Origin: Ramazzottius varieornatus
Taxonomy: Eukaryota > Animalia > Tardigrada
DNA length: 64,000 bases
Assembly (NCBI GenBank): GCA_001949185.1
Contig: BDGG01000005.1
Span: 2,767,972 to 2,831,971, forward strand
Direction of reading: 5' to 3'
Every line of letters begins with the position of its first letter. The stretch's first letter is position 1. The position numbers were made by a program, and so were the translations under genes. Shown here in pieces: positions 37,501 to 51,512 of the stretch. The notes below the pieces were generated by a model. It saw only the letters and a list, made by a program, of their open reading frames with translations. It was not told where the DNA came from and did not search any database.

Positions 37501-40500
37501 TCTTCGGCTTCGGCGTATTGTTCCGCTTCTGCTAGCAACATGGCGTAAGAAAGGAGAACCTGTGGCAATTCTTCCGGGTAATGGGCGGTGGTCAATCGTA
37601 TGGCTTCAGGCCATTTTCCGGCATCGATGTACCTGAAAAGTAAACAAACCAAAAATTGGTCCAAAAAAAGAAGGATGCCTTTATCGTCAAAAGTATGGCC
37701 TGGCCACTCCCAACATCTACGCAATCAACTATCATTCTGTCACTCCAACCCATTTCGTCTACGCCGGTCATCGCACGCTGATTTGCTCAAGTCTGTAACC
37801 ATCTCAAAGCGTCGGTTTTCTACAAACATTCCGTTATGTTTTTGGCTGACGTAGTCAGCAAGCGCTGAACTTTCACCTTATACTGTCAAGAGTCCATCAG
37901 TACAAGACTGTACTCTACTGAGGACACTATAGCTTCCTCTTACATTTGCACGGCCTGGTCGGCATGTCCAGCCACCAAGAACTCCCTCTCGGCTTCCAGA
38001 TGACGTCCAGCCTGAGCCAGTGCTGCACCTCGCTCTTGGTAGATTTCCGGCAGCAGATCAGGTGCAGCTTCCGTCGCTACTGTCACTGCGTTGTCATACT
38101 CCCTGCAAAACACCGCCACCGAACAAACTTCATGCACGTCCAGCAGAGCAAACACCACTTCACCATGAGGACCTACCCAGCTCGCAGAGCCATCGTAACG
38201 AAAGCTTTGGTAGCTCCCAGTGAGCGAAGAAGCGGGATACCCTCCCGCAGCCCAACTTGCATGATCCACATGTAGAGGATATCATCGACCATTTCTTTGA
38301 CCTTCTCCGAAGCCACACGGTAAGCCTCCGCCCACTTCTCTTCCTCAACGTACATTTGCACGGTGTCTTTGTGCCGTTCAGCTTTGGTGAAGTACAACTC
38401 AGCCTGCCGGAAACTACCGGCTTTTCTGTACGCCTAAAAACACAACAGGCAGTTTTCCCATGGGAAGATGAAGGCTGAAGGCTTGTTGAAGGGACTCTCT
38501 TGCCTGTGCCACTTTGACATGGGTTTCTTCCAGTGTCCGTTCATCCTTGTACTTCTTAACGAGAGAAATCATCTTGGGAAACTGCTCAATGTCACCGTAC
38601 ATTTTGACGGCTGCATCCACGTCTCCCGTTTGCAAAAACAGCCTACAACAAAAGACAAATAAGCTGATGGGATACTGGACACGTTCAGGTTTACGTACGA
38701 GGAAATGGTCCTGACTTTGCCCGCGGCGAATATATACAGTCCGTTACAGCAAAGTTGTCCCCGCTGCTCGCGCACCTTTGTCTCAGGAATTCAAAATCAT
38801 TACTTTTCGCACCATCTCAATTAGTTTCATAAAATTTAGCTTTTCTCCTTACTATTGAGGGTTAATTTAAGAGTCAGAGGTGCAAACTGGTTCGAGAGCT
38901 TCATTTTGAAGTTTAGTTCGAAAACGCTTTTTGATTTTCTGCTCATGCTATCGAAAAAGTATTCCTCGGTCGAAAGCTAGAATGTCAAGAGCGCTCTGAT
39001 GTACGTTTTTTGGCAGGGAAATGAACTGTCTCTCGTTTACAGCAATAACTGTTGAAAACAACGCAAAACTTTGTGAGACGTGAATCTGGGAATAAAAAAC
39101 TGAAGGTTCTCCCCGGTCACTTGGTGCGCATGTTTTTACCAAATTTAAAAAAAAACACGGGTGAAAATTTTTTAGAAATCTTTTGATGCTTCTAATCTAA
39201 ACGATCTTTCTTGTGCTTAGATAAAACTAAAGAGCTCGAATAACAAGAATAAACATGTTTTAAGTGGTGAGTTTCACGCGCGACTGAAAACAGAATTTTC
39301 TACAAAACGGGGACAACTTCGCTGTAACGGGCTGTAGGTCACTGACGCATACGTCCCAAGCTTAAAATGTCTACGAGTGGCTCGTAACGTACTGTGAGCA
39401 AAGTTCTAGCCGCGGGCAAAGTTAGGACCAGATCCTCATAGGAAAAACTGCGCTTTGTGATTGAATGCATAATCCTACCGCTCGGCGTCGTTGTAGCGTC
39501 TAGCCCGTACCATCTTCTCCGCTTCCTTTCGGAAGATGTCCTTGATTTCATCAGACTTGATGATACTTTCGGCGTATTGATGGGCTTCCTCAATCTTTCC
39601 ACGCGTTAGGTACATCTGAATGGCTTCTTTGGGTCGGCCGATTTTCTTGTAAATTTCCACGGCTTCCTTTGACAGATGAAACAGCCTGTCGAAAAATCAC
39701 CCTGCTACACAACGTTATAAAGATATATTCTGACCGTCAGTTCATCGCGGTCCTGAAAGTGCAGCGCCAGCCGATGGCCGTACTCTTGGATGATCTTCTC
39801 ATCATCGACCACCGACAAGATCTGTGCGGCTTTGCGGAAATCATGGCAATGAATGGCCGCGTCCAATGCTTCCGTATTCAAATTGGCTATAAAAACCACA
39901 ATATCTTCAGCTGCACTTTCTTGTGCACACTGGATAGTTTACACGTACCAGTTCATGCATCGTACCTTCAACGAAGTGCGAAATGGCATCTTGCCATTTT
40001 CTGATTTTCACCAGATATTGTGCGCATTCCCTTTCAAGCGGTACAACTTCTTCTGGCTTCTTCCGCCTTGCGTACTCGATGGCTAAAAAACGAACGTATC
40101 TCATGGTGTACTGTAGATTGATAGGGTGGCATCTTCCAGTACAGACCGTGCTCGTAACAATTGGCTGCTCGAAGTGCCCTCAAGGCCCCGTCAACCTCAT
40201 CCGTCAACTCCAACAGTCTTCCCACCATCTCGTCCAGCCCGCTTTCCTGCATCAGCGGCAAAACTCTTTCATGCAACTTCCTCCCTTCCTTTGTGTCAAT
40301 CATGGTAGGGTAGGCAATCAGCAAGCGGTATACTTCCAGCGGTTGGAATGCCGCACCCAAGTACAGAGTCGCGGCTTCTTTCATAGCTCCGCTGTAAGCT
40401 AGAACCTCGGCCAGCTGGAAGGTCTTGCCTTCCTTGGCTAGCTGCCCTTGATACTTGGCGATCAGGTCGGGCACCAGAGTTGGCTCGAATTCTTCGGCGA

Positions 40501-43500
40501 CTTTAAGGGCGCGGACGTACTGTTCAGCATTGGAGAACATGATGATGGCGCGTTTGTGGTCGCGCTGAGAAAGGAGCATCTTCTCGGCGCCGTTCAGATC
40601 ACCCTTCAGTCTTTCGATCGTTGCTCTAAAAAGAACGGATCAGTAGTGAGAGTACCGTGACAGAGTCCAGTTGTTCCGCCGCCTCCGTTTACCATTACAG
40701 AGAGAGCAACACACTGTCACGTTCCGACTATTATGCCCTCTGACTACAGTCACTGTAGAGTTTCGGGTATTTCAAAAGCAAAGGCCGACAAGACTACAAC
40801 AGAGTTGCTTTTCTCGTTCCGCGACGTTTAATTTCGACATTTACCGGATGGTATAGTGGCCGAGGACGTCGTCCATACTCCGTCCACGTTCTTTCTGCAG
40901 GTTGCTCGTCCGAGTGACGAGGTCTCGGACGTCTTTGGCTCGTGAATCCTTCAATGTCTCGAAAATCTTTTCAGCTAGGGCAAAGTCGTGGCTGTCGAGT
41001 GCCTTGGCAGTGAGGGTCTTCCAGTTGGCTTCGTTGACGGTGAAGTCGCCCGACCCAACGAGAAAGTCAAAGGCGCGATTCAGCTGGCCTTTGCCTACGG
41101 CGTTCTCGAACTGTCCGACATCGTCGTCCAGGACATGACTCTGGGTTTCGCCAGTGTTACTGTCGACAGTCTGAACCACGGTCTGGCCTTTCGTCCGGCT
41201 AACTTCCGTCACCTTACCCTGGAAAAAAGAGTTTTAGTCTGAACGATACAGTCAATTGGTAGCAAATGAATTTTTTTAGACCAGTGTCCGATCATGCAGC
41301 TTTCTGAAAACTAAAAATGCACGTGGAGAAATAGAGGCCAGTCGACTTTTTTCTACAGTTTATCCTAAAGAGCTGTTTTGATCTGTCATCGCCATAAATT
41401 GTCTAGCTCATACTTGAGCAAAGAAATCAAAGTCGGATAGTTTTACCATGTTCCTGGTTCAGCAAAGTCTTCACAGGACATTTAGATTTTATACTTACGG
41501 TTATCGGAATTGACTTTTCGATCATGGCACTTTTGCCTTCGCCAATGTTCATCCACGTCCGAATGCTGCTTCCTTCCTGCGCCACCAGCACATCCGTTCC
41601 TTCCACCAAGTCTACAAACGTCGCTCTCTGTGACAGCACCCTTTTCTCTTTGGTGGATCCGTTGAAGAGCAAAAGGCCGTAACGCAGGTCGCGAGCCACC
41701 ACAAACGAAGCGTCACTGTTGAACGTCAGCCAGTCAATGTCTACGTCATGGCGAAAACTGGCTACTACCTCCTGATTCTCAAGGTTGACCACTCGAAGTA
41801 GCTTCCGGTTGGGCAAGCAGGCGAACCGCTTTGTGAGGGAGGTTATGCGCAGGCTGAACAACCTAGCGTAAAAATTTGGCGTTGTCACCGAGAAGAGTAT
41901 CTCGTCGCGACCGAACTCCAACACAGACAGTTTGCCGTTGTACGACACAACGCAGCCGGTCTCCTCAACATGGAAAAGTGGCTTGAGTGCTTCAGGCAAC
42001 CACTCCCAGTTGACCTGCGAGGAAACCAAAAACATACTTCACGCTTTCCGAAACATGGGACGTCAGCAAACGAATCCACCCAGATCACTCTTGGAAGTGG
42101 CGCACGCAACCAGCCAATAACAACAAAAAAGTGCGCCACTGGAGAAAACGGTCTGGCCGGGATCATTTGCCGACGCCCTGGATAATTCTGTGATTGGATT
42201 CTGAATTTGCTCGTATTGGACCACGTCGTCACGGGATTTGACGAACGATCACAACGAAATTTTCTACGAACTTCTATGGTTTGGTCAGTCTTGACATTGA
42301 TGAGAATCAAATGGTCCGCCGTGGTCGCCACCGCCACCGGTTGGTCTCGTAAGAAGGAGACCTTGTCCAGAGGTTGTCCCGATTCTGTGCGGAAGGTAAC
42401 CTTTGTGCCGGACTGGATATCACGAATCAAGACTTGGTCCGGTGTGACAAATGTCGTCTCATACCGAGTGTTGGACTGCTGCTTCTTCACCGCACACGTA
42501 AAAATGTCCACAGCCCCAAACAACGAACTCTAGAAAAAAAACTTCGTACTTTGCACCCTACTTGTAATTTAAGTCTGAAAAGGATTTTATAACTTTTGTA
42601 TCAATAGTAAATTTGCGCTCGAAGCAGCACTGCAGAATCGAACTCTTCAGAACCCTGACCGTTTTTCTACGCTTTACTCTACTTGTCTCAATATTCAAAA
42701 GACCTCTTGTCTTACCACGGCTAACTTTGTTCCGTCAGAGTTCCACGCCAACGAAGGTACCACGTATAAATTCTCGATCACGATTGGAGCCATCTCAGTC
42801 CATATGCCTTTCCGTGGAACATAGCTGAGCACCTTCAACCTATTAAACGCTCCAAAGACCGCGTAGCGGCCATTGGGCGCAGCAACCGCTGCAGTCAAAG
42901 CCGGATTACTGCCCGAGTTTTCGTCAGGAAAAACTTCTTGCAGGAGCTTCCCGGCTATATTATAGATGGTGATCGACCCATCAGAGCTCCCTATCAGGAT
43001 AAACTCCCCGGAGAAGGCAAGACAAGCGATGGATTTGGACGCCACGACGAGCTTCCTAGCCGTATGCACGGGTCCTTCCTTGTCGGCTGCATACGTGTAT
43101 ATGGCTCCGTCGATATGAGCGGACAAAAGAACTGACCCTTGAAAACTGTCCGACAGGGTTATGGTACAACCGGAGCTCGACGAACAAACTCGACCAAGAT
43201 CATTTTCCCAAGTGGCGCACATTCCCCGTAATACTGGCTGAAAACTGCGCCAGTTGGGAAAGGATCTAGAGGAATCTGCTCGCAGAACTTTCATTTGCAT
43301 TTCGAGATACAGGGCAGGAAAAAAAATGCATACTTCGAGTAAAGTCCGATAAGTTGGTTGGCGGTTTCAAGAACGGTATCGGATCGCTTGCTGCTTGTTG
43401 CGAGCCTAACCTGCGAAGTGTGGACAGCCAACTGAATTTCCAGGAATTTTCTATCATAAGGAAACGTCTGAACCTACAATGCCGTCTTGCAGGCCAAAAA

Positions 43501-44106
43501 CGAGGTTTCCTCTGGGCATCCACGTCACCGCGATGACTGGCGCGCTTTGGACGTACTTGAAGACCACCGCCAGTTCGGACTTGTCACTACGTGAACAATG
43601 AAACCTTCTTTGCTCGGATTGAGCGAGTAAAATTCGGACGAAACTCAGCGACTTTACCGGTCTTTTGGAAGGCGATAGACGTATACGACTTGGTCGCTCT
43701 GCGCGACAGCGAGTTTTGTGGAGTCAGGCGAGAAGGAAATTCCGGTGACGATGTAGCTGTTCTTCCCGAACTGGAATTTTACGGAAAATTACGTAGGTTT
43801 GCGGAATGGAGAGGTGTGATTTCGTATTATAGTACAGTACCTCCTTTTCTACTGGCTTCGTTGGGAAATGCAGGTGATACTCTCCGTTCTCGCCATACAG
43901 CCAGATGACGCGGTCGTCGTCACAAAAGGCCACGCGTTGGCTATCAGGAGCGAAGGCGACTGCCTGCACTGGAAATAAGTCTCCCTGAAAGATAGACGAA
44001 GTTACTGTACGTCCTGATCTTGTTAAAAAAGTTCGAGATACAGTGATGATCGTACCTGTTTCCCGAACTTGCGGCTTCCCAGTGTCTTTTCGAATTCGAT
44101 CTTCAT
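34525..44106 (-). CDS. IFT172: Intraflagellar transport protein 172 (WD40, TPR-like repeats, C-terminal U-box-like region), divergent, many exons
   Basis: N-terminus AFCDDDRVIWLYGENGE..FPTKP; IENLYVVPSLAWNSDGTKL; IDWLTFN; VEGTDVLVAQ; SLLRYSDVINPDKAFYDAG; C-terminus KDERGLF..PCVLTGLPV and DVRRFLVKWCG. Confidence 0.92.
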
Positions 44107-44736
44107 TCTCGGACACTTTACGACTCATCTGACGTTGAAAATACTCCGAAACGGAAATCTCCAGCTATAAAGGAAAGGAGCCCAACTTGATGCAGAAGGC
44201 TATGAAGAATACTTCTGCAGTAAGGGGGCTTATCGTCAAAAAATTTAACTAAGTTATGCTTCTTCGCCAGTACAGCGCAACCCCAGCCTGTGCCCACCTG
44301 GTAGAAATCAATCGAACATGGATCGATTGAGCAGGTGCTGGTCCCGTTTGCCTCGTACGGGCACTGGGATAAGGATCGGGAACAGCGAGCATCAGTTGAT
44401 CCCATGATTCCCACGGTTCCCACCTTAACCGTCCACGTGAGTGCGTACCAGGAGCCTATATACCTCGTAGTTCAAAAACTTCGTCCTTTTCTGTGGACCC
44501 TTTCCGTGAAGTTAGGTTGTCTCCTTTTCCTAGTCCGTCAAAAACACCGGTAAAATTTTCAAGGCCATCGAAGCTTGTGCTTTACTAGCAAAACGCGTAG
44601 CGAACTGCAGCAGCCTTGGCTACTTGTGTCTCTTTCAGATCATGAATGATGTATTATCCCGATACCCGAAGAAATCGAACAAAAATCGAACAGAAACCAA
44701 CCCCGAACCTTCACGTCGCTTTTTAATCTATTCCAT

Positions 44737-45603
44737 TCAATGAATTATCGCTTTCATTGCAACTTTATCGTTCAATGCACCAGGTTCATTGAATGGGAGC
44801 TCTTCGAGCTCGACGTTGAATACTTCAGCGAACTTGTCTAGAAACACTGGCACGACACTATTTATGGGTGTGTGCTTCCCCCTTTCTTTCGTCAGGGAAG
44901 TAACCCCAAGACCTTGGAGGCCACAGGGAACTATATGGCCGAACCACGTCAAATCTGTATCACAGTTGAGCGCGACACCGTGCGAGGTGATGTATCTACG
45001 GATATAAAAAAAGGTCTCCTGATGGTGGGCCGTACGGTGAAAAGGCCATTACAAAGTCAGCGTGTGCCTGTATCACATTGTCCCACGTGGTCAGCCACGA
45101 ACTTACTTTCTGCAGTTGAGTCCGATCGCAGCAACTTTCCGACTGCCTTCCACCCATATCCCTGTATTCTCTGTGCGTGACGATTCTACACCCAACTCTT
45201 GACATGTCTTGATCAGCACTTCTTCGAGCTGGCAGACGTACCATCTCACGGAAGGCTTGTATCGCTGCAGGTTGAGGATAGGATACGCGACCAGTTGACC
45301 AGGTCCATGGAACGTAATCAATCCACCACGGTTCGTCCGATGGAAATCCGCGCCTTTGGTTCTAAGGAAGCCTTCGTCAACCTCCGTGAATTCATTCTTG
45401 CGGAGGCCAGCCGTGTAAACGGGCTCGTGTTCGACCAAGAAGAGAACATCGGGACTGGGGTGTGAATCGCCGTCGGATTTTCTGCTGTCCAAAGCTTGAA
45501 GCTGTGTTTGAACCTGCTGCTCCTGAATCTCTAGCGCCTTGTCGTAGCGTAATCGTCCGAGGTTGCAGTATTGAAGGATCTTCCGCCTAGCAGGGGTGGA
45601 CAT
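44737..45603 (-). CDS. LIPT2: Octanoyltransferase / lipoyltransferase 2 (LipB family), 2 exons
   Basis: [56 protein letters not shown]. Confidence 0.95.
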
Positions 45604-46036
45604 CCTGAGTACCCTGACGCCGAAAAGTGAAATAAAAGAAAATACTTTTCACTTCTGCACCACTGCACACGATCAAACAATCAACAATCAATGACTCCCT
45701 GCAGCTTGACGGACGTGACGTCAGCCGGAAGTGCGTCGGCGTCTCGGAGAGCTCTCTCACGGCCCGTACGGGTTACCCAAAGATCCAGACCTTGAAGGCC
45801 AGAAAATTCACACGACGATCGTGACTAGTATAACCCAATATTGCTGAGTTTTCTGTTGATTGCTTGGAATTCGCATGTTCTTGTTGAGCCAGAAGCTGCC
45901 GCCCAATGAGCACTTCCAGTCGGAGTTTCGACAGACAGGAAAATCAGTGAAACACTAAAACCATTAAACAAAACTGGCCATTTATACGCATGACAAAACA
46001 CGTGTAACAAAGCATTTTTGTCACAAGTATCACAAA

Positions 46037-48057
46037 TCAGACGGGAGCACCATTCTCCGCAATGAATTTATTAGCTAACAGAAAATTCCACGTCCGCCGG
46101 AAGTGCGTTCCGGGCCAGTATACCTTCCCACATTTGCGGCAAATGTAGTAAGTTAAAACCTTCCTGATCTTATGCTCCATCACCGAACTCAGATCTATGA
46201 TCACACCAGTACTTTTAACTTTGCCATTCGTAAAGTCCACGTCAACGGAAGCTTCGACCAACTCTTTGAAACACGCCGCGAACTCTTCTTCTGTTGTTAA
46301 ATCTGCCCATCCTCTTGTAGCTCTTTTCTCTTCGGCTGCCTCACCCTTTCTGTTCACCTTGTCCCTTTTTTCACGCTCATACTGACCATTTAGAAGAAAC
46401 TCGATCTGGTCTTTGTCCGCATGGATGAAACTGTCTCCGTTACAAGCCTGTAAAGTCACTGTCAAAATTTCATCCCAGTGAACAAAAAATTCGTCGAAAT
46501 CTTACCGAGCATCTTGTCAACACCCATTCTTTCGACACAATTATGTTGAACATTTTCAGGACATATTCAAGCTGTCGGACTGATTTCGCGCTGTTCGATA
46601 CCGAGAAACAGCAGCCATGAGGAAGTTGTTTTCTTGCGGTCTTCCAGCGTGTCGGGTTCGTTAGGAATATTCTACCTTCGTTGGCGGCCATGTCGTAGAT
46701 CTTCTGGTCACCAGCAAAAGCTTTATCCATGAGCTCCGTATCAGCACCCACATTCCTCAATCGACGGACCAGTCCTTTGAGGTGCGCGTCACAGACGAGC
46801 TTGATCTAGAAAAGCAAAACAATTCCGAATTTGAAATCAAATTACACGGTTCACTAAGAACGACATGACCACGTGGTCAGTCACCCGTCAAGCGACAACA
46901 ACAACCATGTGACCGTAAATCAGATTCGGACTGAAGCAACAGGCTGTTCTGGCTACCATTGATTGGTTTGATTAACTGCCAACTTACCCCAGATGGGTTG
47001 ATTGGCTCGTCTTGATTTATCAACGGAAACGCAGCCAGCTCAGTTTCCAGTATTTCTTCATCAACCGACGAATGGTCCACGGGAAAATAGATATTCTTCT
47101 CCTCACACCTCATCTCTAGAGCATCGTACAGCTCGATCAAGCAGAACGCGTCCAGGGCGGCGTAGGCAATCTGGCTCTCGCGTAGCGGACGTCTTTCCCA
47201 CGCAGATAACTGCTCGCGCTTGTCCAGCGGCGCACCCAGAAACATCTCCACTAAACTGGACAGCTTCAGCCTGAACTTTCTCTCCTTACCTTGCTCACAG
47301 AAGAGCTCTCGATGTCTGCTCAGCCTGGAACAGATAACTCGGAGATCGAACAACTTCGGGCACTCAGCAAACGAAACTTGTTTGAAGACGCTGATGTCGT
47401 TTTTCAACCGGTCAAAATCATGCTGCACGGAAAACCCCAGCTTCCTGATTTCTGGCGAGAACAGCACGTCGAGGACGTCTTTCCAGTCTTTGTCGGTCAA
47501 GGTCTCTCGAAGGCGAACGAAATCCAGAAGAAAACATTGCCTTCTTGTGGCGATTTGAAGAATGCAAATTCTTTGGAGAGTATTCGACTGTCCGATCAAT
47601 TCCGGATGCCATTCTCCGTCAATTCCAATGACGTCCACCGCCCTCAGCACAGCCATACATTCTCGGAAGGCTACTCGACAGTCAATAACGTGGATAGAAT
47701 TTCGTGGGAGTTTCAGGGCGTAGAACCACGGAAGGTGATCGTAATCGACTGCGGTCTCCGATTTCCGAGAGAGTTCTGCCAGCTTTCGTCCTCGCCATTC
47801 TTCCATGTTCCATTCTGCCAGAGCTTCACCTAAAGCTGACAGATGGTTAAGGTTTTCCAGTTCATCCAGCAAGAAAGAGCGAAGCTCGTTGGGGTACCGT
47901 CCTACCAGATCGTGGAGAGTCAGTTCTTTCCAGGCTTCGTGTCCCATCGATCCTTCCACGAACCGCTTGAGATTCAGAGCGCGAATGGCCTTCTTTGCCG
48001 CCTCAATGTTGTCTCCGCTCTTGTACATCCTTCTGGGCCTCAGATTATCAGATATCG
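46037..48057 (-). CDS. EXD3: EXD3/mut-7/Nibbler-type DEDDy 3'-5' exonuclease with Mut7-C domain; 5' end unresolved
   Basis: VIGIDGEW, ILQIAT, KLGF..HD, EQLSAWERRPLRESQIAYAALDA; Mut7-C LVCDAHLKGLVRRLRNVGADT, TRCS-ACNG, CRKCGKVYWPGTH. Confidence 0.9.
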
Positions 48058-48082
48058 CTGGAAAGAAATGGTAGTTTGTCGG

Positions 48083-48715
48083 TAGTGCTGGAAAAGATAC
48101 GGTATATCGATTTCGTATCGAAATATATAGAATCTTTGCGATAAAATATGCGGCAGATATCGTATCGAAAATATCGATATGAAGCTCGTATCGAATAACG
48201 CAATAAAATATTCGGCGATATTGTATCGCGCCATATTGATATATTATCGATATATCGGTATTTTACTGAATGGCAAACTCGCCAGTAATATCTCGTTTAC
48301 GGAAGACCATGGTTGATTTCAAAGACTTGATTTTGGCATGGTGTACCGAGCACACTCCGCCCATTCGGTTCTGGTACTAATTCTGTCCAGGTTTCCATGT
48401 GTTTGAAGTTTAGTCTTGGTGTCTCCATGTGTCTTGGTGTAGTATGCATCCGACGCTTTCGGTCTTACTGATACTTTATGTGTAATTCGACTTCTCGAGT
48501 TTTTGGGCTTGAACCAGTGGAATTCCGAAAAACTAAAATTCCAGAAATATCGATATATCGCTGCGATATGATAGGATATATCGAAGATACGGTATCGGAT
48601 AAACATCGTATCGAAATATCGATATCGAATGAATATCGAAGACCGCAATAAAATATCCGCAGATATTGTAGCGAAACATATCGTATCGATTTTTATCGTA
48701 TTTTTGCCAGCGCTA
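48083..48715. mobile_element. Non-autonomous hAT element (ATCG/CGAT subterminal repeats)
   Basis: Imperfect TIRs TAGTGCTGGAAAAGATACG / CGTATTTTTGCCAGCGCTA; 8-bp TSD TTTGTCGG / CTTGTCGG (7/8). Confidence 0.85.
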
Positions 48716-48843
48716 CTTGTCGGAGAAAATTATTCCAGAAGAAACGTATAAACGTGAACACTGAAACCAGCGGCGGACGGATGATTCAGACAGTGATTCA
48801 CCGAAATCACAGAACAGCTTCCCCAACACCAGGTACAGCCCAA

Positions 48844-49338
48844 TAGAGCCATGCAGCAGCACGCAACATCCGTTCTGCAACTGCTCTGCATCCAGTTCTT
48901 CCAAACTGCAACTGCACTGCACTGCATTTATTGTGACCGAGGGAAACTGCAACTGCACTGCATCCATGAACGTCTAGCTGCATTTTACTGCATTAATACT
49001 GCATAAATTATTATGGATAATTATTTATTCTTCGAGATGGTTCCACCGAATAATTATCAGATCACTCAGAGTTTCAGGCAGCATACTAGTTCGCTTACTG
49101 CTGACAGCATCACCGGTATGGCTAAAAAGTCGTTCAGAAGGGGTACTAGAAGCAGGCACAGCAAGGATGCGCTTAGCGTCTAAGGACAAAAAGGAATCAG
49201 AGCCCTGCAGCAGTAGCGAAAACCCGTGCTGCATCTGCACTGCATCCGCATTTTTTCATCCTTTCGGCGACTGCAACTGCACTGCAATGCAGTAAAATGC
49301 AGTGCAGTGCAGAACGTACGGCATGTTGCACGGCTCTA
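48844..49338 (-). mobile_element. Internally deleted hAT element with dimerisation-domain remnant (TGCA subterminal repeats)
   Basis: TIRs TAGAGCCATGCAGCA / TGTTGCACGGCTCTA; perfect 8-bp TSD CAGCCCAA; remnant AKRILAVPASSTPSERLFS..KRTSMLPETLSDL at 49025-49180. Confidence 0.93.
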
Positions 49339-50534
49339 CAGCCCAAGTCAAAAACTGCAGTCAATCAAGCAAGCTTTTCCCAATCTCGAAAAATCGGTTC
49401 CGATGCCGTTCGGGAACTGGGTCTCTTGACTAGTGGAGACAGAATTTCTGCACCCGTGACCAAGTTACCCGTTCCAGCGGTCCGTGGCAGGTCGCACGAG
49501 ACAACTGCGCAATTTTCGATATTAGGCTGTCCTAATTATCCGTCCACCGCTGATTGTAAACGAAGTTTCAGGGCGAGCTTTGGTGAAACCGAAATTCGCG
49601 GGGCGGCAACCCTGTCGGGTTTTAGGGCCCGGAAGCAGTGGACTGTGATTAGTGCTGTTGGTATATATGAATATTATATTAAATTAGAACTCATTACACG
49701 CTTTTGGCATCCACTATCTCATATTAACATTCATCAGATGCCTCGAACGAGGCTGGACATTTGATAGTATTAAATTAGATGGAAACCAGAGCCGAATATA
49801 TTGTATTAAAATCAACACGCAGGGCACACCATGTTAAAATTATCAATATCCGATTTCGGCTTCGGTTGATTAAAATAAGATTTGGTTTGCGCCAAGCGAA
49901 ACCGTGCGACTGTGCACAGCGCGCTGTTGGGTTGGACCATAACACGTCACACTCCTGCGCATCACCGTATTTTGATCAGCGTTCAGGACGATAAATTGAT
50001 TGTCAACCTCGTTTGATTGGATACCGCAGGTTCGTGAGTCCGGCGATCCACCTGCATACTCGCAACGCTCATTGCTGAGGGCGATGCTGTCTGCTTTTTC
50101 AGGCTCTGTTTTGCGCTTTCGAACGCTCTCTGTGTCGGATTTCTCGAATTTCTAGCTATATGTTGCTGGATCTGAAGACGATCTGGTGAAAGTATGTAAA
50201 GAGGAAGGTTCCCTGGCTTCGGTGACGCCAAAGCGATCTTGGGACTGAGGAGGAAAGTCACCTCGCTCTGTTCGCACACGGATCAGAAATATTATGATAT
50301 ATTATAATAAGCACCCGACGAAACAAGTTGATATGTTAACACCACATGAGACGCTCTGAGGTCCGAATGCAGTGCTATAGCCTTATCTCCCACTTTTGTG
50401 ACCTAATTCCGCTTCTTCTCAATCGCATTCCATTCACAAGCTTATCTCCACTAATGTTGTACTTTGCCCTTCACTGGGCAAAGTTCAGCAGAGGGGTTCA
50501 AACCCAAACTTACGAACAAAACCAGCTCCGCAAC

Positions 50535-51512
50535 TAATGATGAGCATTACAAGCTGACGGCTCGTGTAATGTAAAATGTAATGTAAAACAGTGTAATTAC
50601 AAAAAGTGTAATTACATTTTACACTTGTTTACATTTTACAACCCCGAAAGAACGGAACCTGTAAACCAAGTGTAAACTATCAAATGACCCCTCCAAGTTA
50701 GCTAAATCAAAGCCGCTACAGATGTGGAAAGAAACGTAATCTCTCGTATACAGTAAACCTATTAACACTATCTTCAATCTTCACTGGTTCAAACAACTAC
50801 TTGACAACAAATAAATCTGCTAAGGTGAAAAACTTTCCGGTCAGAGACACGTCATCTTCGAGCTCCTCACTGCTTGGCATGTCATTGTCGTCTTGACCGA
50901 ACAAATCATCAAGGATTGCCATTTGACTTTCCAGCTCCATTAGATCGGTTTCACCGCCACCTGGAAAAGTAATATTCTAAAGTACCGATGTCAAAATAGT
51001 AATGTCGAAGTAAATTGAATAGAATCCCTATGTCGACCACATAGAAGTCCAGTTACGTTTTGTGTCTTGCTGTTCATCGGTCTCCTCGTCGCTCTCCTCG
51101 CTTTCAGACATCGTGTATGCAAACAGAGGTTCGTAGTCAAGCTCAAAGTACGCTAGTGTCAGATTAGATTGAACGGAGTAAGAATGATAAGGCCGAAAGC
51201 AGCTGCGTATATTTCGTACTGCGGCAGTGTAAACCAGACTGTGTCATCATGTCCACTGATGTAAAGCTTCTCTCAGATCGACAATCACTCAATCAATGGT
51301 TTCCCTCAACCCGTGTTCAATTAACACGGCTTTTAATCAGTTAATGGCGATTTGAACGGATATTTCGGTTTTATACTCGCGTGTAATTCCAAGTGTAATT
51401 ACACTTTTACAGTTGTATTTTACACTACAACTTTCCGAAGATTGTAATGTAATGTAAAAGTGTAAATGTAATGTAAAATGTAATGTAATGTAAAGTGTAA
51501 TGCTCATCATTA
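50535..51512. mobile_element. Non-autonomous hAT element (TGTAA subterminal repeats)
   Basis: Perfect 17-bp TIR TAATGATGAGCATTACA; perfect 8-bp TSD TCCGCAAC (50527-50534 and 51513-51520). Confidence 0.93.

Noticed and set aside
48040-48967. ORFs with repetitive IRY or CS composition
   Set aside because: Translations of hAT subterminal repeats.
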